Assembly (NCBI GenBank): GCA_964477805.1
Contig: CAYZEK010000001.1
Location: 53,510 to 111,605, forward strand
Direction of reading: 5' to 3'
Origin: an uncultured Candidatus Saccharibacteria bacterium
GTDB taxonomy: Bacteria > Patescibacteriota > Doudnabacteria > UBA920
Length of the DNA stretch: 58,096 bases
A program made the translations under genes and the position numbers. This document shows positions 1 to 9,335 of the stretch, piece by piece. The notes under the pieces were generated by a model. The model was given only the letters and a program-made list of their open reading frames with translations, did no database searches and was not told the DNA's origin. Position 1 is the first letter of the stretch, and each line of letters begins with the position of its first letter.

Positions 1-1
1 T

Positions 2-91
<90 letters not shown>

Positions 92-99
92 AAATTAAT

Positions 100-522
100 T
101 CACTGCTCCAACAAACGCATACGTGGAAAAAAAACTATCTTTACAAACTGAAACCCATCATCTTGTTTTATCATTGCCATTGATATAGTTCCTTCTGCTA
201 CCAAAATTCTATCCAGATATTCTTCATACGTGCCAATCAAATGAAATAAATAGTGACTGTAAGATAGTTTTAATTTGGGAAAACGCATCACATGCGCATT
301 CCTATTACGTCTAGACATCACTGAGATGAATTCTTGCTTCATGAATGGCAAGTCAGAAAATCCTTCCACAATCGTTGAATCTGAAATCAGATTCTCTAAA
401 ACCTCAGTTTCACCGATGCTTCCAGCCCTAGAAAACTGTTCCACAGCACGTCGGATCGCAAATCTATCCTCGTCCCCTACAGTCTGGTCAAAATCTAGTT
501 TAGTTTCCGCAAACATTTGCAT
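100..522 (-). CDS. hypothetical small protein with an RNxxAH (Rx4H, HEPN/Abi_C-like) motif
   Basis: The ORF track gives 100..555. The first 11 codons overlap the terminator hairpin of the upstream gene, so Met12 (522) or Met14 is the more likely start. Motif SRRNRNAH is encoded at 292-309. No confident family match. Confidence 0.5.
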   Translation of the reverse strand: MQMFAETKLDFDQTVGDEDRFAIRRAVEQFSRAGSIGETEVLENLISDSTIVEGFSDLPFMKQEFISVMSRRNRNAHVMRFPKLKLSYSHYLFHLIGTYEEYLDRILVAEGTISMAMIKQDDGFQFVKIVFFPRMRLLEQ

Positions 523-540
523 GAAGCTATTATAATATAA

Positions 541-571
541 AACACCTGTAAACAAAATTGTCAGGTGTTTT
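541..571 (-). terminator. intrinsic terminator after the 604..894 gene
   Basis: 8-bp stem AACACCTG/CAGGTGTT with a 13-nt loop, followed on the minus strand by TTTATATTAT. Confidence 0.6.
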
Positions 572-603
572 ACGAATTAAGTTAACTTTTAATGCAGAAA
601 AAT

Positions 604-894
604 TTATTGTTGGGTAGGAGTTGGGGTTGCTGTAGAATCAGTGGGTAAAAAATTCTGGGTTGACCTGAATGCTTCGCGCCAATCGTTCGCTGATTCGCGT
701 AAAGCAGGGATAACTCCAATCACATTTAAAAACCACCCAATCAAGATCACGGCCAATCCAGCACCAATAACTGAACCAAACCCAGTTAATAAACCCTTAC
801 CTAACGCAAACCACATATTTCCTAATTTTTTATTTAAGCCCGCTAAGTTAGCGTTTAACTCCTCAAGTTTCTTGTCTTTTATTTGATCTAGCAT
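604..894 (-). CDS. small membrane protein, DUF5665-like
   Basis: 96 aa with an N-terminal coiled segment and a Gly-rich TM pair (GKGLLTGFGSVIGAGLAVILIGWFL). It resembles the DUF5665 proteins common in CPR genomes. The ATG lies 10 nt after the tRNA-Arg 3' end. Confidence 0.55.
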   Translation of the reverse strand: MLDQIKDKKLEELNANLAGLNKKLGNMWFALGKGLLTGFGSVIGAGLAVILIGWFLNVIGVIPALRESANDWREAFRSTQNFLPTDSTATPTPTQQ

Positions 895-904
895 TTCTTT
901 TTGA

Positions 905-979
905 TGGTCTCCCCAGCAGGAATCGAACCTACATCGTCGCGTTAGGAGTGCGATGCTCTATCCATTGAGCTACAGGGAG
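905..979 (-). tRNA. tRNA-Arg (anticodon CCT), CCA encoded
   Basis: The reverse complement has D-arm GCTCAATGGATAGAGC, anticodon loop CTCCTAA, T-arm GTAGGTTCGATTCCTGC and 3' end ACCA. Confidence 0.85.
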
Positions 980-1000
980 AAACCGAAAATTTAATAGTGA

Positions 1001-1009
1001 TGTTACAAT
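1001..1009 (+). promoter_or_regulatory. extended -10 (TGtTACAAT) 9 nt upstream of the ATG at 1019
   Basis: TGTTACAAT at 1001-1009. No SD lies between it and the start codon. Confidence 0.45.
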
Positions 1010-1018
1010 TATAACATA

Positions 1019-2362
1019 ATGAACATCTGGACTTCTATTAAAAATTTTAGGGATCTCTATGCTCCACGTGGAACACAAATCTTGTTGCTGATTCTTGTTG
1101 TGCTAATCCCCTTCTCAATAAGATATGTTTTCCAATCCCCAATCGCATATCAGACGGGAGCATACTCAGACTTCACAAGCCTCTCTCTATATATAAGTGA
1201 TCTAATTTTACTGGGCTTGCTCTGTCTCTCAATTTTGTTCCACATGAAACAACCTGTGAATAGAATTTGGCTGATTTCTGCTTTTGAAGCAATTTCTTGG
1301 ATATTACTTGAAATCATATTCCAAAATCATGAGTACGTGTCCCTCCAAGTCTACTTTTCAGCAAGATTCATATTATTAATACTTTTAGCCAGTCAAATTT
1401 CAAAAATCAATGTTCCACGTGAAAAACTAGCTTGGATATTTTCTATTTTAGGGGCAATACAGGGGTTAATTGCCTGCTTTCAATTTTATTCACAAAAATC
1501 CCTCGGATTATACTTCCTGGGTGAGTCTCATTTGTCCCCCGACACCCTTGGTGTCGCTAAAATTGTTGCACATGGAACAAAAATGATCCGAGGATATGGA
1601 ACATTCCCACACCCTAATGTCCTCTCGGCATTCTTAATCGTCACAACACTACTAAACTTATATTTAATTACCAAATCTATACAAAAATCACGTGACATTT
1701 TTTTATATATTCTATTATTCGCTAACGTTTTTGGCATATTTACGAGTTTTTCACGTGGTGGAATTATCGGCTTTGGACTTGCTACATTGTCAGTTTTGGT
1801 AATATTTCTCATAAATAAGCAATATTCTGCCATAAAACGTGCAATAATACCTCTTGGGATTTCCTGCATAATTTCTGTTACAGTATTATTTCCCTTTCTG
1901 AATACTCGGGTGACAATAACAGATAACTCAACTAAAGAAAGGCTTTTTTATAACGAAATTGGCACGAGGATCATTTCTAACAATATATTTACAGGAGTTG
2001 GTATTGGGACTAGCGTGTTGCACATGAAACAGTATTCAAACCAGGAGCTCCAACCATGGGAAGTCCAGCCAATTCATAATTACTGGCTAATTTTGTGGGC
2101 AGAATGGGGAATAGGAGCAATTTGCCCAATAATCCTATTGCTATATCCTATTTTCGCCTTAATTAAAAGGGAAAGTACGATTTGGCGAAGGTTTTTGATA
2201 GGCATTTTAGCAGGCTTCATGGCGGTATTTTTGCTCGATCATTATTTTTATACCATTTGGCAAACTCAGCTACTATTATGGATAATTTTAGGCTTAGTTT
2301 TGAGGGAAATTGAGGAAAAACCAGCAGAAACTACTGCTTCAGCCCCTGATGCTGCTACCTAA
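1019..2362 (+). CDS. O-antigen ligase (Wzy_C) family polytopic membrane protein
   Basis: 447 aa with about 10-12 TM helices and a central FSRGGIIGF-type loop typical of O-antigen ligase/O-glycosyltransferase-like proteins. Confidence 0.7.
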   Translation: MNIWTSIKNFRDLYAPRGTQILLLILVVLIPFSIRYVFQSPIAYQTGAYSDFTSLSLYISDLILLGLLCLSILFHMKQPVNRIWLISAFEAISWILLEIIFQNHEYVSLQVYFSARFILLILLASQISKINVPREKLAWIFSILGAIQGLIACFQFYSQKSLGLYFLGESHLSPDTLGVAKIVAHGTKMIRGYGTFPHPNVLSAFLIVTTLLNLYLITKSIQKSRDIFLYILLFANVFGIFTSFSRGGIIGFGLATLSVLVIFLINKQYSAIKRAIIPLGISCIISVTVLFPFLNTRVTITDNSTKERLFYNEIGTRIISNNIFTGVGIGTSVLHMKQYSNQELQPWEVQPIHNYWLILWAEWGIGAICPIILLLYPIFALIKRESTIWRRFLIGILAGFMAVFLLDHYFYTIWQTQLLLWIILGLVLREIEEKPAETTASAPDAAT

Positions 2363-2384
2363 AACGATTATCAAAGTATTTTAG

Positions 2385-2855
2385 TTATTTATGGTATTTT
2401 TTTCCTGCAATAATCGTGCAAGCTCGATAAATTTGCTCTTCTAACAAAATTCTGGCCAAATTATGCGGAAAAGTTAGATCGCTGAGGGATATCGTGTAGT
2501 TTGAATACGTTTTTAAGGACTCGTGCAGGCCGATTCCACTTCCCAGTACAAAGATAATTTCCTGACCCAGTCCTCCAATTCTCTCCAAAAAACCCGCAAA
2601 TTCAACTGAGTTGCGTTTTTGGCCTTTTTCCTCAAGCAATATCACAATACTGTTATCTGACAGCTGTTTCACTATCAATCCCGCTTCTTTTTCCTTCGTT
2701 TTTTCTACTGAATCAGGAGAGTGATAGGGAATTTCTGGAAGCTCAGTTACTGCGACCTTTGCAAAGGGCCGTAAGCGTTTGAGATATTCTTTTTCTAGCT
2801 CAATATAGGCTCTTTCTTTAAACTTTCCAAGACAGATGATTTTAATCTTCAACAT
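2385..2855 (-). CDS. rlmH: 23S rRNA (pseudouridine1915-N3)-methyltransferase RlmH
   Basis: 156 aa SPOUT protein. N-terminus MLKIKIICLGKFKE..YLKRL and C-terminus LTFPHNLARILLEEQIYRA match RlmH. Confidence 0.9.
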   Translation of the reverse strand: MLKIKIICLGKFKERAYIELEKEYLKRLRPFAKVAVTELPEIPYHSPDSVEKTKEKEAGLIVKQLSDNSIVILLEEKGQKRNSVEFAGFLERIGGLGQEIIFVLGSGIGLHESLKTYSNYTISLSDLTFPHNLARILLEEQIYRACTIIAGKKYHK

Positions 2856-2877
2856 AATTATATTCTGACATATAAAT

Positions 2878-2910
2878 GAAAATCACCCCATACTTAGGGT
2901 GATTTTTATT
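2878..2910 (-). terminator. intrinsic terminator after the 2950..3207 gene
   Basis: Stem ATCACCC/GGGTGAT with an 8-nt loop. A T-run follows on the minus strand (TTTTCATTT); T-runs are present on both sides. Confidence 0.6.
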
Positions 2911-2949
2911 CAACTTTGATCCAATATATTTAAAATATCTATAAAATAA

Positions 2950-3207
2950 TTAGAGGAATTTCTCAAAAAATCTCTCAAGATAACCAGTGGATCTATTAGA
3001 ATAGTACAATGCAATCACCGCTATTAACATAGCTCCATTTAAGACTATCAGTCGGATCATATCTTTTGTTATAACTTGATACTCTGCTGTATGTTGACTT
3101 GAAGCATCTCGACTACCTGATTGCAGAGGAGTAGTTATTGTGGATGAAGAAGTTGTTGTGTGTTCTCTATCCCTGTTGCGTAATCGGTTACGATTCTTTT
3201 TTGTCAT
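2950..3207 (-). CDS. hypothetical tail-anchored membrane protein (basic, Ser/Thr-rich N-terminal part)
   Basis: The ORF track gives 2950..3261 from a TTG. The first ATG (MTKKNRNRLRNRDRE...) is at 3207. One C-terminal TM helix and no recognisable domain. Confidence 0.4.
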   Translation of the reverse strand: MTKKNRNRLRNRDREHTTTSSSTITTPLQSGSRDASSQHTAEYQVITKDMIRLIVLNGAMLIAVIALYYSNRSTGYLERFFEKFL

Positions 3208-3251
3208 ATAGTTTAAAATAATTTCCCTTAAAATTATAGCAATCTCCACAT

Positions 3252-3281
3252 TTGGACGCAAGCTCCAGAGAGTGCTACAAT
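3252..3281 (+). promoter_or_regulatory. promoter TTGGAC-18-TGcTACAAT, 8 nt upstream of the ATG at 3290
   Basis: -35 at 3252-3257 and extended -10 at 3273-3281. No SD before the start codon. Confidence 0.5.
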
Positions 3282-3289
3282 AGCTCTAC

Positions 3290-3784
3290 ATGAGCGATAA
3301 TATTTTCATTTTTTCAAGCGTAATTGTAGCTGGAATATCCATAATTTTAAGCGTGTACGCTTTAATCTCTGCTAGCAAAATGCGGGCTTGGCGAAAATTT
3401 TTTGCAAACCCAAATGAGAAACCAGAAAACTTAGAAGATATTATTCAGCAAATTGTAGATAAAATTTACCAATTAGACGCAAGCAATCTCCAAACAGAAA
3501 AAATGCTGGATGGAATAAATCAACAACTAAATACCGCGACTCAAAATGTTGGGATAGTTCGTTATAATGGTAACGGAGATGATGGGGGGAATTTAAGTTT
3601 CTCGACGGCACTTCTAGATGCTCATCAGTCAGGAATACTGATCACAAGTTTACATGGGAGGCAACAAAATAGAATCTATGCAAAAGTTGTAACCAAAGGC
3701 GCGAGTGAAAGTACTTTGAGTGATGAAGAAAAAGAAGCTCTCGTCCAAGCAATCACCAATGGTGTAAACAAACCGAAGATTTAA
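3290..3784 (+). CDS. DUF4446 family protein
   Basis: 164 aa with an N-terminal TM, a coiled coil, then GIVRYNGNGDDGGNLSFSTALLD..GILITSLHGR, typical of DUF4446. Confidence 0.7.
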   Translation: MSDNIFIFSSVIVAGISIILSVYALISASKMRAWRKFFANPNEKPENLEDIIQQIVDKIYQLDASNLQTEKMLDGINQQLNTATQNVGIVRYNGNGDDGGNLSFSTALLDAHQSGILITSLHGRQQNRIYAKVVTKGASESTLSDEEKEALVQAITNGVNKPKI

Positions 3785-3803
3785 TAATTAATTTTATATA
3801 GAC

Positions 3804-4229
3804 ATGGCATCAAATCAAGACAATATGGCTACAGCAGAAACTGTTGTTGGTCCATCAGTAAAAATTCAAGGAGACCTAAACTCAGAAGGGAATATCCGCA
3901 TAGAAGGACAGGTTGCTGGGAAAGTTCACACTAGCCAAAGTGTGCACGTTGGCGAAGCAGCAAAAATTGCTGCTGATGTTCAAGCAGGAAATGCGATTAT
4001 TGCCGGAGAAGTTCAAGGGAACATCAAGGTTGTTGGTAACCTTATCTTGCAAGCTTCAGCACGAATCGCTGGAGATATCTCTTGTGCGATTTTGCGTGTT
4101 GAAGACGGTGCTCAGTTTACTGGAAAATGCAACATGAAAGGGGCTGTCATTGACAAGCAGTCCGGCACTCTGAAACCAGTGACATCAAACAATAACAAGT
4201 CAGCACCAGAACCAGAGGACGAAGATTAA
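3804..4229 (+). CDS. bactofilin family cytoskeletal protein
   Basis: 141 aa. Repetitive beta-helix pattern (VKIQGDL..IRIEGQVAGKV..VHVGEAAKIAADVQAGNAIIAGEVQGNI..) and an acidic tail. Confidence 0.85.
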   Translation: MASNQDNMATAETVVGPSVKIQGDLNSEGNIRIEGQVAGKVHTSQSVHVGEAAKIAADVQAGNAIIAGEVQGNIKVVGNLILQASARIAGDISCAILRVEDGAQFTGKCNMKGAVIDKQSGTLKPVTSNNNKSAPEPEDED

Positions 4230-4297
4230 TTTAAATACAAAGCGGGTAATGACAACAGCAACTTTTTATGAGGCAAAGCTTCTAACAAAAAGTTAGT

Positions 4298-5173
4298 TTG
4301 TCAATAAATCCCGCTATTTTATTTACATCTATGTACTTCTACATTCTCGACGGACAAAATATCCCTGAAGCGCAATTTGAGCGTGCTTCTGTTACACTGC
4401 AAGGCCTGCTTGCAGAATTTAAGATATCCGGAGAAATGGCGAGAGTAACAAGTATTCGCGGGATCGCTGAATTAGTTGAGACTGCAAGTGAGCGAGGAGT
4501 AAAAACGTTAATTGCCTGTGGTACAGATGATACATTTAACTTTATGTGCGCGTATTTAAAAGGACGCGACTTTGCATTAGGCTTCATCCCAATGACAGAT
4601 GACTCCTACTTAAAGAAAATTTTAGGAATAGATAACTTATTAACTGCTGTTAAAACTGTTGCTGCTCGACGAATAGAAAAAATTGATCTTGCTGTATTAG
4701 GGGACAACTATTTTATCTCGCAAGCAGAATTTGGAATAGCTTCGTCAAAAGCAAAAGAAATGGGGTTTTTTTCTTCACTGCGCGGGATGAGTGCCATTGA
4801 ATACAATTTAAAAATTCGGGTAGATAATTCCTACAACATGGATATTACTTGTCTTGGTGGAACAGTTACTAATAGTCGTGCCACCAGTAGTAGTAATAGT
4901 ACGATTGCAAATCCCACCGATGGTTATTTAGACTTGATGATCCTTGAGAAAATGAACAAAATTGATGTTCTTAAATACAAACCAGACATTGCTGAGGGAG
5001 TAATTGAACATATACCTGGAACCTCGGTGATTAAATGTCGCCAAGTGGAATTCCTTGAACCACGAGGATTTCCAATTACGATTGCTGGTCGGACCTTTGC
5101 TAAAGTACCGACAATCATCTCGATTATGCAACGACAATTACGAATGATTGTCGGAAAAAATCGGACATTTTAA
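4298..5173 (+). CDS. diacylglycerol/lipid kinase (DAGK_cat, YegS-like) family protein with a degenerate GGDGT motif
   Basis: 291 aa. LIACGTDDTFNFM sits where GGDGT is expected. The ORF starts at a TTG; the first ATG is at 4331. Confidence 0.55.
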   Translation: MSINPAILFTSMYFYILDGQNIPEAQFERASVTLQGLLAEFKISGEMARVTSIRGIAELVETASERGVKTLIACGTDDTFNFMCAYLKGRDFALGFIPMTDDSYLKKILGIDNLLTAVKTVAARRIEKIDLAVLGDNYFISQAEFGIASSKAKEMGFFSSLRGMSAIEYNLKIRVDNSYNMDITCLGGTVTNSRATSSSNSTIANPTDGYLDLMILEKMNKIDVLKYKPDIAEGVIEHIPGTSVIKCRQVEFLEPRGFPITIAGRTFAKVPTIISIMQRQLRMIVGKNRTF

Positions 5174-5235
5174 TGTTGTCCAGTAAAACTTAATTTTTTT
5201 CAAAGTCAGGAATCATCAGCAGGTATTACTCGTAC

Positions 5236-5264
5236 TTGCTTTTTTTAAGATTTTTTCGTATAAT
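5236..5264 (+). promoter_or_regulatory. promoter TTGCTT-17-TATAAT, 9 nt upstream of the infB ATG
   Basis: -35 at 5236-5241 and -10 at 5259-5264. The intervening TTACAAGTT contains no SD. Confidence 0.55.
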
Positions 5265-5273
5265 TTACAAGTT

Positions 5274-7295
5274 ATGAATTTATCATCTTTGTCGCACGAA
5301 TTAAATCTTTCCATCCAAGAACTGCGCAGTCAAGCTAACGCAGCGGGTTTTCGTATTTCTCCTCGTGCCAACAAGATTGATAATCACCTGGCAAAACAAA
5401 TTGCGGAAGCATTGAAGCCAAAGCCAAAACAAAACCCAAGTGTTCATCACGCTATACCAAAAGAAGTATCTCTCCCTGCATTTATCAAAGTCAGAGATTT
5501 TGCAGATGTATTAAAACTCCCAGCAACTGATGTCATTAAGGCATTAATTCAAAATGGGGTAATGGCCACTATCAATGAGGAGATTGATTTTGAAACTGCT
5601 ACTATTATTGCGCAAGATTTAGGTTTTGAAGTTGCAAGTGAGCAAACCGAAGAAGTCCAAGAATTTGGCATTGGTTTTTTACAAGAAACTTTACAAAAAG
5701 AGGCTAGTGAAAATCCAGCAGATTTAAAAACCCGTCCACCTATTGTTGCTGTGATGGGACATGTTGATCATGGAAAAACGACTTTATTAGATGCGATTCG
5801 AAAGGCAAGTGTTGTTACCACAGAATCAGGAGGCATCACTCAGCATATTGGAGCATATCAAGTTAAACATAATGACAAAGTTCTAACTTTTTTGGACACC
5901 CCTGGACACGAAGCGTTTGTGGAAATGCGAGCGCGTGGTGCAAACGTTACTGATTTAATTATTCTAGTTGTCGCCGCCGATGATAGCGTTAGGCCTCAAA
6001 CCATTGAGGTTATTAATCGTGCCAAATTTACAAACACACCGCTCATCGTTGCTATCAATAAAATTGATAAAGACAATGCGAATGTAATGAAAACTAAGCA
6101 GGAGCTTGCCGAACATGGAGTACTGCTGGAAGACTGGGGAGGCAAAGTTATCGCGGTGGAAATTTCTGCAAAACAGAATATTGGAATAGACAAACTTTTG
6201 GAAATGGTTTTACTTCAAGCCGAAGTAGAAGATTTTAAAGCTAACCCGGACGGAAAAACTTTAGGTACAGTTATTGAATCTCATGTTGCGCAAGGAAAGG
6301 GAGCTGTGGCAACTGTAATTGTTCAAAATGGAACATTGAAAGTTGGAGATATTATCGTTGCTGGTACTGGTTATGGTCGAGTAAAGTCTTTAGAGGATGA
6401 AAACGGCAAAAAGTTAAAATTGGCTGGTCCAAGTAGGCCAGCTTTAATTTCTGGTTTTTCTAACCTACCAGAAGCAGGTGACATCCTGCAAACCGTTGAG
6501 ACTATTGAAGAAGCTCGCACAATTGCAAACACTGCTCAAAAAGCTAAGCATAGTCGAAAATTAACCCATCGTTCTGGATTGCAAGGTGACGCAAGTACCA
6601 AAACCTTAAACTTGATCATCAAGGCAGACGTAGCTGGTTCGTTAGAAGCAATTAAACAATCTTTGGCCAAATTGAAAAATGAAGAAGTTCAAATAAACAT
6701 TTTGACTGAAGGAATTGGTGAAGTTAATGAAAATGATATTCTCCTTGCTGATAGTAGCAAAGGAACGATTATTGCTTTTCGTACTAAAACTAACCCGAAA
6801 GCAATTAATCTAGCGAAGCAAAAAAAAGTTGCGGTTGAAAGCTACGATGTTATTTACGAACTTTTAGAAAATATCACGAGTGCTGTAATTTCTATGTTTA
6901 CCCCAGAAATAGAAAAAACAACGTTTGGGAAAGGTGCAGTGCTGGCAATTTTCCGAACCGAAAAATCCCAGATGATTATTGGTGGTCGAGTTGAGGAAGG
7001 TGAGATACGTAAAAACAAACCAATTACACTTTGGCGTAAAGCATCTGACGGCGAAATGGGGAATAAAGAGCCTGGTATGTCAGAGTCAAATGGGACTGAA
7101 GGGGTTTCAACAGAGAATGAAGGTTGGGAAGAAATCGGTCGAGGTGAAATTATTGAATTACAACAAAATAAAGTTGATACTAAAGAAGTGTCAAAAGGTA
7201 ATGAATTCGGAATGAAAATCAAAACTAATGTCAAACTAGCTATTGGTGACCAGATTGAAAGTTTTGAAGAAACTGTAAAGCAAAAAACACTTTAG
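5274..7295 (+). CDS. infB: translation initiation factor IF-2
   Basis: 673 aa with an IF2_N motif, G domain ([26 protein letters not shown]) and C-terminal beta-barrels. It carries an extra acidic insert in the last barrel. Confidence 0.95.
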   Translation: MNLSSLSHELNLSIQELRSQANAAGFRISPRANKIDNHLAKQIAEALKPKPKQNPSVHHAIPKEVSLPAFIKVRDFADVLKLPATDVIKALIQNGVMATINEEIDFETATIIAQDLGFEVASEQTEEVQEFGIGFLQETLQKEASENPADLKTRPPIVAVMGHVDHGKTTLLDAIRKASVVTTESGGITQHIGAYQVKHNDKVLTFLDTPGHEAFVEMRARGANVTDLIILVVAADDSVRPQTIEVINRAKFTNTPLIVAINKIDKDNANVMKTKQELAEHGVLLEDWGGKVIAVEISAKQNIGIDKLLEMVLLQAEVEDFKANPDGKTLGTVIESHVAQGKGAVATVIVQNGTLKVGDIIVAGTGYGRVKSLEDENGKKLKLAGPSRPALISGFSNLPEAGDILQTVETIEEARTIANTAQKAKHSRKLTHRSGLQGDASTKTLNLIIKADVAGSLEAIKQSLAKLKNEEVQINILTEGIGEVNENDILLADSSKGTIIAFRTKTNPKAINLAKQKKVAVESYDVIYELLENITSAVISMFTPEIEKTTFGKGAVLAIFRTEKSQMIIGGRVEEGEIRKNKPITLWRKASDGEMGNKEPGMSESNGTEGVSTENEGWEEIGRGEIIELQQNKVDTKEVSKGNEFGMKIKTNVKLAIGDQIESFEETVKQKTL

Positions 7296-7300
7296 TTTTA

Positions 7301-7684
7301 ATGACTAAGCAAAAATCGGCAAATCCAAATAGAATAGACAAGCTAAACTCTTTAATCCAGCGGTTGGTTGGTTTAAGTTTGCCAGAATTTTTAGAAGGGC
7401 AAGATGGACTGGTCACGATCTCTCGCGTAGAAACTAGCAGAGATTCAAAATGGGCAAAGATATGGATTTCTATTGTCGGAGGAGATGATGACCAGATTTT
7501 TTCAGTACTGAATAAAAATATTTATGCCATACAAGGTGAACTAAATCGTCAATTGGGGATGAAGCTCACTCCTCGTTTGCAATTTTTTTTAGATACAACC
7601 CCACGTTATGCTCAGCATATTGATGAGCTCCTTAAACAAATCCACGAAGAAGAAACAGATACTAAAATAAGTTCAGAAAATTAA
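7301..7684 (+). CDS. rbfA: ribosome-binding factor A
   Basis: 127 aa. Conserved position after infB, with an RbfA-like KH fold sequence (VTISRVETSRDSKWAKIWISI). Confidence 0.85.
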   Translation: MTKQKSANPNRIDKLNSLIQRLVGLSLPEFLEGQDGLVTISRVETSRDSKWAKIWISIVGGDDDQIFSVLNKNIYAIQGELNRQLGMKLTPRLQFFLDTTPRYAQHIDELLKQIHEEETDTKISSEN

Positions 7685-7710
7685 TCAGTGAAGTAAAAAA
7701 AAATAAAGCT

Positions 7711-8658
7711 ATGGGTGAATTTGTTCAAGCCAAAAAATTATTAGAAGAAGCAGGCTCAGTTTTACTGACAACCCATGAAAGGACTGATGGCGATGACCTT
7801 GGGTCGGTTTTAGCATTAGCACATCATCTACATGCCCACGGGAAACAAATTTCTATCGTCATCAAAGGTGGTGTTCCAAAACAATTAGAATATTTACCGC
7901 TTTCCCAGATTGTTACCGAAACACTACCTCATACAAACTTTGATGCATTGGTAATTTCCGGATGTTCGGTGTTACAACGTGTAAACCATGAAGAAATTTT
8001 AGCGTTAAATCTTCCAACATTAAATCTAGATCATCATCCTGACAACAAAATGTATGGGGATGTTAATGTTGTAGAATCTTCCAAGTCTTCGGTAGCTGAA
8101 TTAACTTATGATTTTTTTCAATTTTGTAAATGGGAAATAACTCACGAAATTGCTTTGTGCTTGTTAACAGGGATTGTGACTGATACAGGAATATTCATGC
8201 ATAGCAACACCCAAGCCAGCACATTGGCTGTAACAGCAGAGCTAATGAACAAAGGAGCGAGGGTGGCAACTGTAACCAAACACACCCACGAAGGCAAGGA
8301 TATCAGCAGTTTAAAAGCCTGGTCAAAAGCATTAGAAAATGCCCATTATGACGAAAATAAAAAAATGATCTATTCAATTATCACAGCTGATGAACTAAAA
8401 AGTTTGGGAAATCCACCAATGTCAGCATTTGAAGGTATTGTAGAAACCTTGAACAAAGTTCCAGAAGCAAAATTTGCAATGTTCCTCAAACAAGACGAGG
8501 GTGTAATAAAAGGTAGTCTTCGTAGTGAAGAACACAAAGGAGTGAATGTGCAGGCCATTGCCCAGAGCTTGGGTGGCGGGGGACACAAACTTGCCGCAGG
8601 GTTCTCTATGCTCGGCACTTTGGCCAAAAATGGTGAAGGTAAATGGGAGGTTGTCTAA
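7711..8658 (+). CDS. nrnA: DHH/DHHA1 phosphoesterase (NrnA-like oligoribonuclease/pAp phosphatase)
   Basis: 315 aa with catalytic motifs present: HERTDGDD, LDHHPDN, VTDTGIF, GGGGHKLAAGF. Confidence 0.85.
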   Translation: MGEFVQAKKLLEEAGSVLLTTHERTDGDDLGSVLALAHHLHAHGKQISIVIKGGVPKQLEYLPLSQIVTETLPHTNFDALVISGCSVLQRVNHEEILALNLPTLNLDHHPDNKMYGDVNVVESSKSSVAELTYDFFQFCKWEITHEIALCLLTGIVTDTGIFMHSNTQASTLAVTAELMNKGARVATVTKHTHEGKDISSLKAWSKALENAHYDENKKMIYSIITADELKSLGNPPMSAFEGIVETLNKVPEAKFAMFLKQDEGVIKGSLRSEEHKGVNVQAIAQSLGGGGHKLAAGFSMLGTLAKNGEGKWEVV

Positions 8659-8662
8659 AGTC

Positions 8663-8691
8663 TGGACACCTCTTCATTTTTCGTTTATAAT
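8663..8691 (+). promoter_or_regulatory. promoter TGGACA-17-TATAAT for the four-tRNA cluster
   Basis: -35 at 8663-8668 and -10 at 8686-8691, 12 nt before tRNA-Leu. Confidence 0.5.
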
Positions 8692-8703
8692 TAGAAAGAT
8701 TTT

Positions 8704-8790
8704 GCCCAGGTGGCGGAATTGGTATACGCGCTACCTTGAGGTGGTAGTGGGAGCAATCCCGTGGAGGTTCGAGTCCTCTCTTGGGCACCA
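8704..8790 (+). tRNA. tRNA-Leu (anticodon GAG), CCA encoded
   Basis: Class II tRNA: acceptor GCCCAGG, anticodon stem-loop CTACC-TTGAGGT-GGTAG, long variable arm, GGTTCGAGTCC, GCACCA end. Confidence 0.9.
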
Positions 8791-8809
8791 CAAAATCATA
8801 ATACATTGA

Positions 8810-8886
8810 GGGCGATTAGCTCAGTTGGTTAGAGCGTCTCGTTTACACCGAGAAGGCCAAAGGTTCGAATCCTTTATCGCCCACCA
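8810..8886 (+). tRNA. tRNA-Val (anticodon TAC), CCA encoded
   Basis: GGGCGAT..GCTCAGTTGGTTAGAGC..TCTCG-TTTACAC-CGAGA..GGTTCGAATCC..ATCGCCCACCA. Confidence 0.92.
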
Positions 8887-8932
8887 GTCTGCCATACCTT
8901 TCGGTTGGCATTTCAGTACCATGTTCTAGTAT

Positions 8933-9007
8933 GCCGCGGTAGCTCAGTGGTAGAGCAGACGCCTGAAGAGCGTCGTGTCGTCAGTTCAATTCTGACTCGC
9001 GGCACCA
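8933..9007 (+). tRNA. tRNA-Phe (anticodon GAA), CCA encoded
   Basis: GCCGCGG..GCTCAGTGGTAGAGC..GACGC-CTGAAGA-GCGTC..GTCAGTTCAATTCTGAC..TCGCGGCACCA. Confidence 0.92.
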
Positions 9008-9059
9008 TGAAATTCATATTTATTTACCCAAATACCGTTCTTACGAAAAATGATATATT

Positions 9060-9133
9060 GCGGCCATGGTTCAATGGTAGAACTCTTGCTTGCCAAGCAA
9101 GGGATAGGGGTTCGATTCCCCTTGGCCGCTCCA
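9060..9133 (+). tRNA. tRNA-Gly (anticodon GCC), CCA encoded
   Basis: GCGGCCA..CTTGC-TTGCCAA-GCAAG..GGGGTTCGATTCCCC..TGGCCGCTCCA. Confidence 0.92.
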
Positions 9134-9138
9134 ATAAA

Positions 9139-9166
9139 AGCACTCTAAAAGTGTTTTTATTTTGTT
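9139..9166 (+). terminator. weak intrinsic terminator after the tRNA cluster
   Basis: AGCACT-ctaaa-AGTGTT (one G-U pair) followed by TTTATTTTG. Confidence 0.4.
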
Positions 9167-9335
9167 CATTTTAGGATCTGCATAGAAAACAACTGGATGG
9201 TTCTTATTATCTTCATAATTATGCTTAACCTAAAAACCCTTCAAAATAAGCCAAAAGTCAATCGTTATTCAACCCTTGCTCAAGCCCAAAAAAACGTTAT
9301 TTGGCTTAAATAAGCCATAAACTACTAAAAATGTC

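Noticed and set aside
8546-9174. ORFs 8546..8809 (+), 8606..8806 (-) and 8905..9174 (+)
   Set aside because: They run through the tRNA-Leu, Val, Phe and Gly genes. Translating tRNA sequence produces these frames as artefacts.
9221-9313. 30-codon ORF (MLNLKTLQNKPKVNRYSTLAQAQKNVIWLK) in the long spacer
   Set aside because: It has no SD or promoter in a suitable position and overlaps an imperfect inverted repeat. It is more likely non-coding or a gene remnant.
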